A DNA stretch of 64,000 nt, taken from contig JAHLTZ010000030.1 in NCBI GenBank assembly GCA_025786725.1, positions 269,415 through 333,414 of the forward strand, in the 5' to 3' direction. Source of the DNA: Syncephalis fuscata S228. Taxonomy: Eukaryota > Fungi > Zoopagomycota. Below the pieces are notes generated by a model, which saw only the letters and a program-made list of their open reading frames with translations, was not told the DNA's origin and did no database searches. Shown here one piece after another: positions 63,636 to 64,000 of the stretch. A program made the position numbers and the translations under genes. Positions within the stretch are counted from its first letter, which is position 1, and every line of letters begins with the position of its first letter.

Positions 63636-64000
63636 ATGTATAACCAAACAACAAGTGATCTTGAGTGGTTGGCACAGATGAGTGTCGATATGGAGCCAGC
63701 TCATTCGCGCAAGACCGGTATTATCTGTACTATTGGCCCCAAAACAAATACTATCGAGATGTTGCAAGCCTTGGCCCGTGCTGGTATGAACATTGTACGT
63801 ATGAACTTCTCTCATGGTTCGTACGAATACCACGGCTCGGTAATCGCCAATGCTCGTAAGGCTCAAGAGATCTCTGATTTATCTGATCGTGCATTGGGTA
63901 TTGCCCTCGACACAAAAGGCCCAGAAATCCGTACAGGCTTAATGCGCGGTGAAGTCGACGTGCCCATCAAGGCCGGCCATGAAATGATATTCTCGGTCGA
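63636..64000 (+). CDS. PYK1: Pyruvate kinase, 5' part (runs off window)
   Basis: [12 protein letters not shown]...[12 protein letters not shown]...[18 protein letters not shown]...[13 protein letters not shown]. Confidence 0.97.
   Translation, partial: MYNQTTSDLEWLAQMSVDMEPAHSRKTGIICTIGPKTNTIEMLQALARAGMNIVRMNFSHGSYEYHGSVIANARKAQEISDLSDRALGIALDTKGPEIRTGLMRGEVDVPIKAGHEMIFSV

Noticed and set aside
1-64000. tRNA, rRNA, transposase or reverse-transcriptase genes
   Set aside because: No cloverleaf, rRNA-like tract or DDE/RT motif recognised by eye; tRNAscan-SE and Infernal would be needed to exclude small RNAs.

Overview
AT-rich eukaryotic (fungal) genomic window with short spliceosomal introns. 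The gene content and expanded secreted hydrolases suggest an early-diverging, probably mycoparasitic fungus such as a Syncephalis-like Zoopagomycota (inference). Genes: MED9, alanine-glyoxylate aminotransferase, a 7TM GPCR-like protein, an ACBD5/Atg37-like acyl-CoA-binding protein, an intronless secreted S8/PA subtilase, UVSSA, three tandem class III GH18 chitinases, two TM-RING-H2 ligases, a TRA2-like SR protein, SEC12, CreC/WDR20, a polyQ ARID SWI1, an oxysterol-binding protein and the start of pyruvate kinase. Two dispersed repeat families and two local tandem duplications are present. Many genes carry single-base slips, often in homopolymers, which look like assembly errors. Main finding: the apparent ~82-bp satellite at 57.9-60.2 kb reads on the minus strand as 28 GT-AG introns separated by 27 micro-exons (26 of 3 nt, one of 6 nt) behind a signal-peptide exon. 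Spliced in order these give an uninterrupted 59-aa secreted, dibasic-cleavable, four-cysteine peptide, i.e. a one-codon-per-exon micro-exon gene that could diversify by exon skipping and unit duplication.
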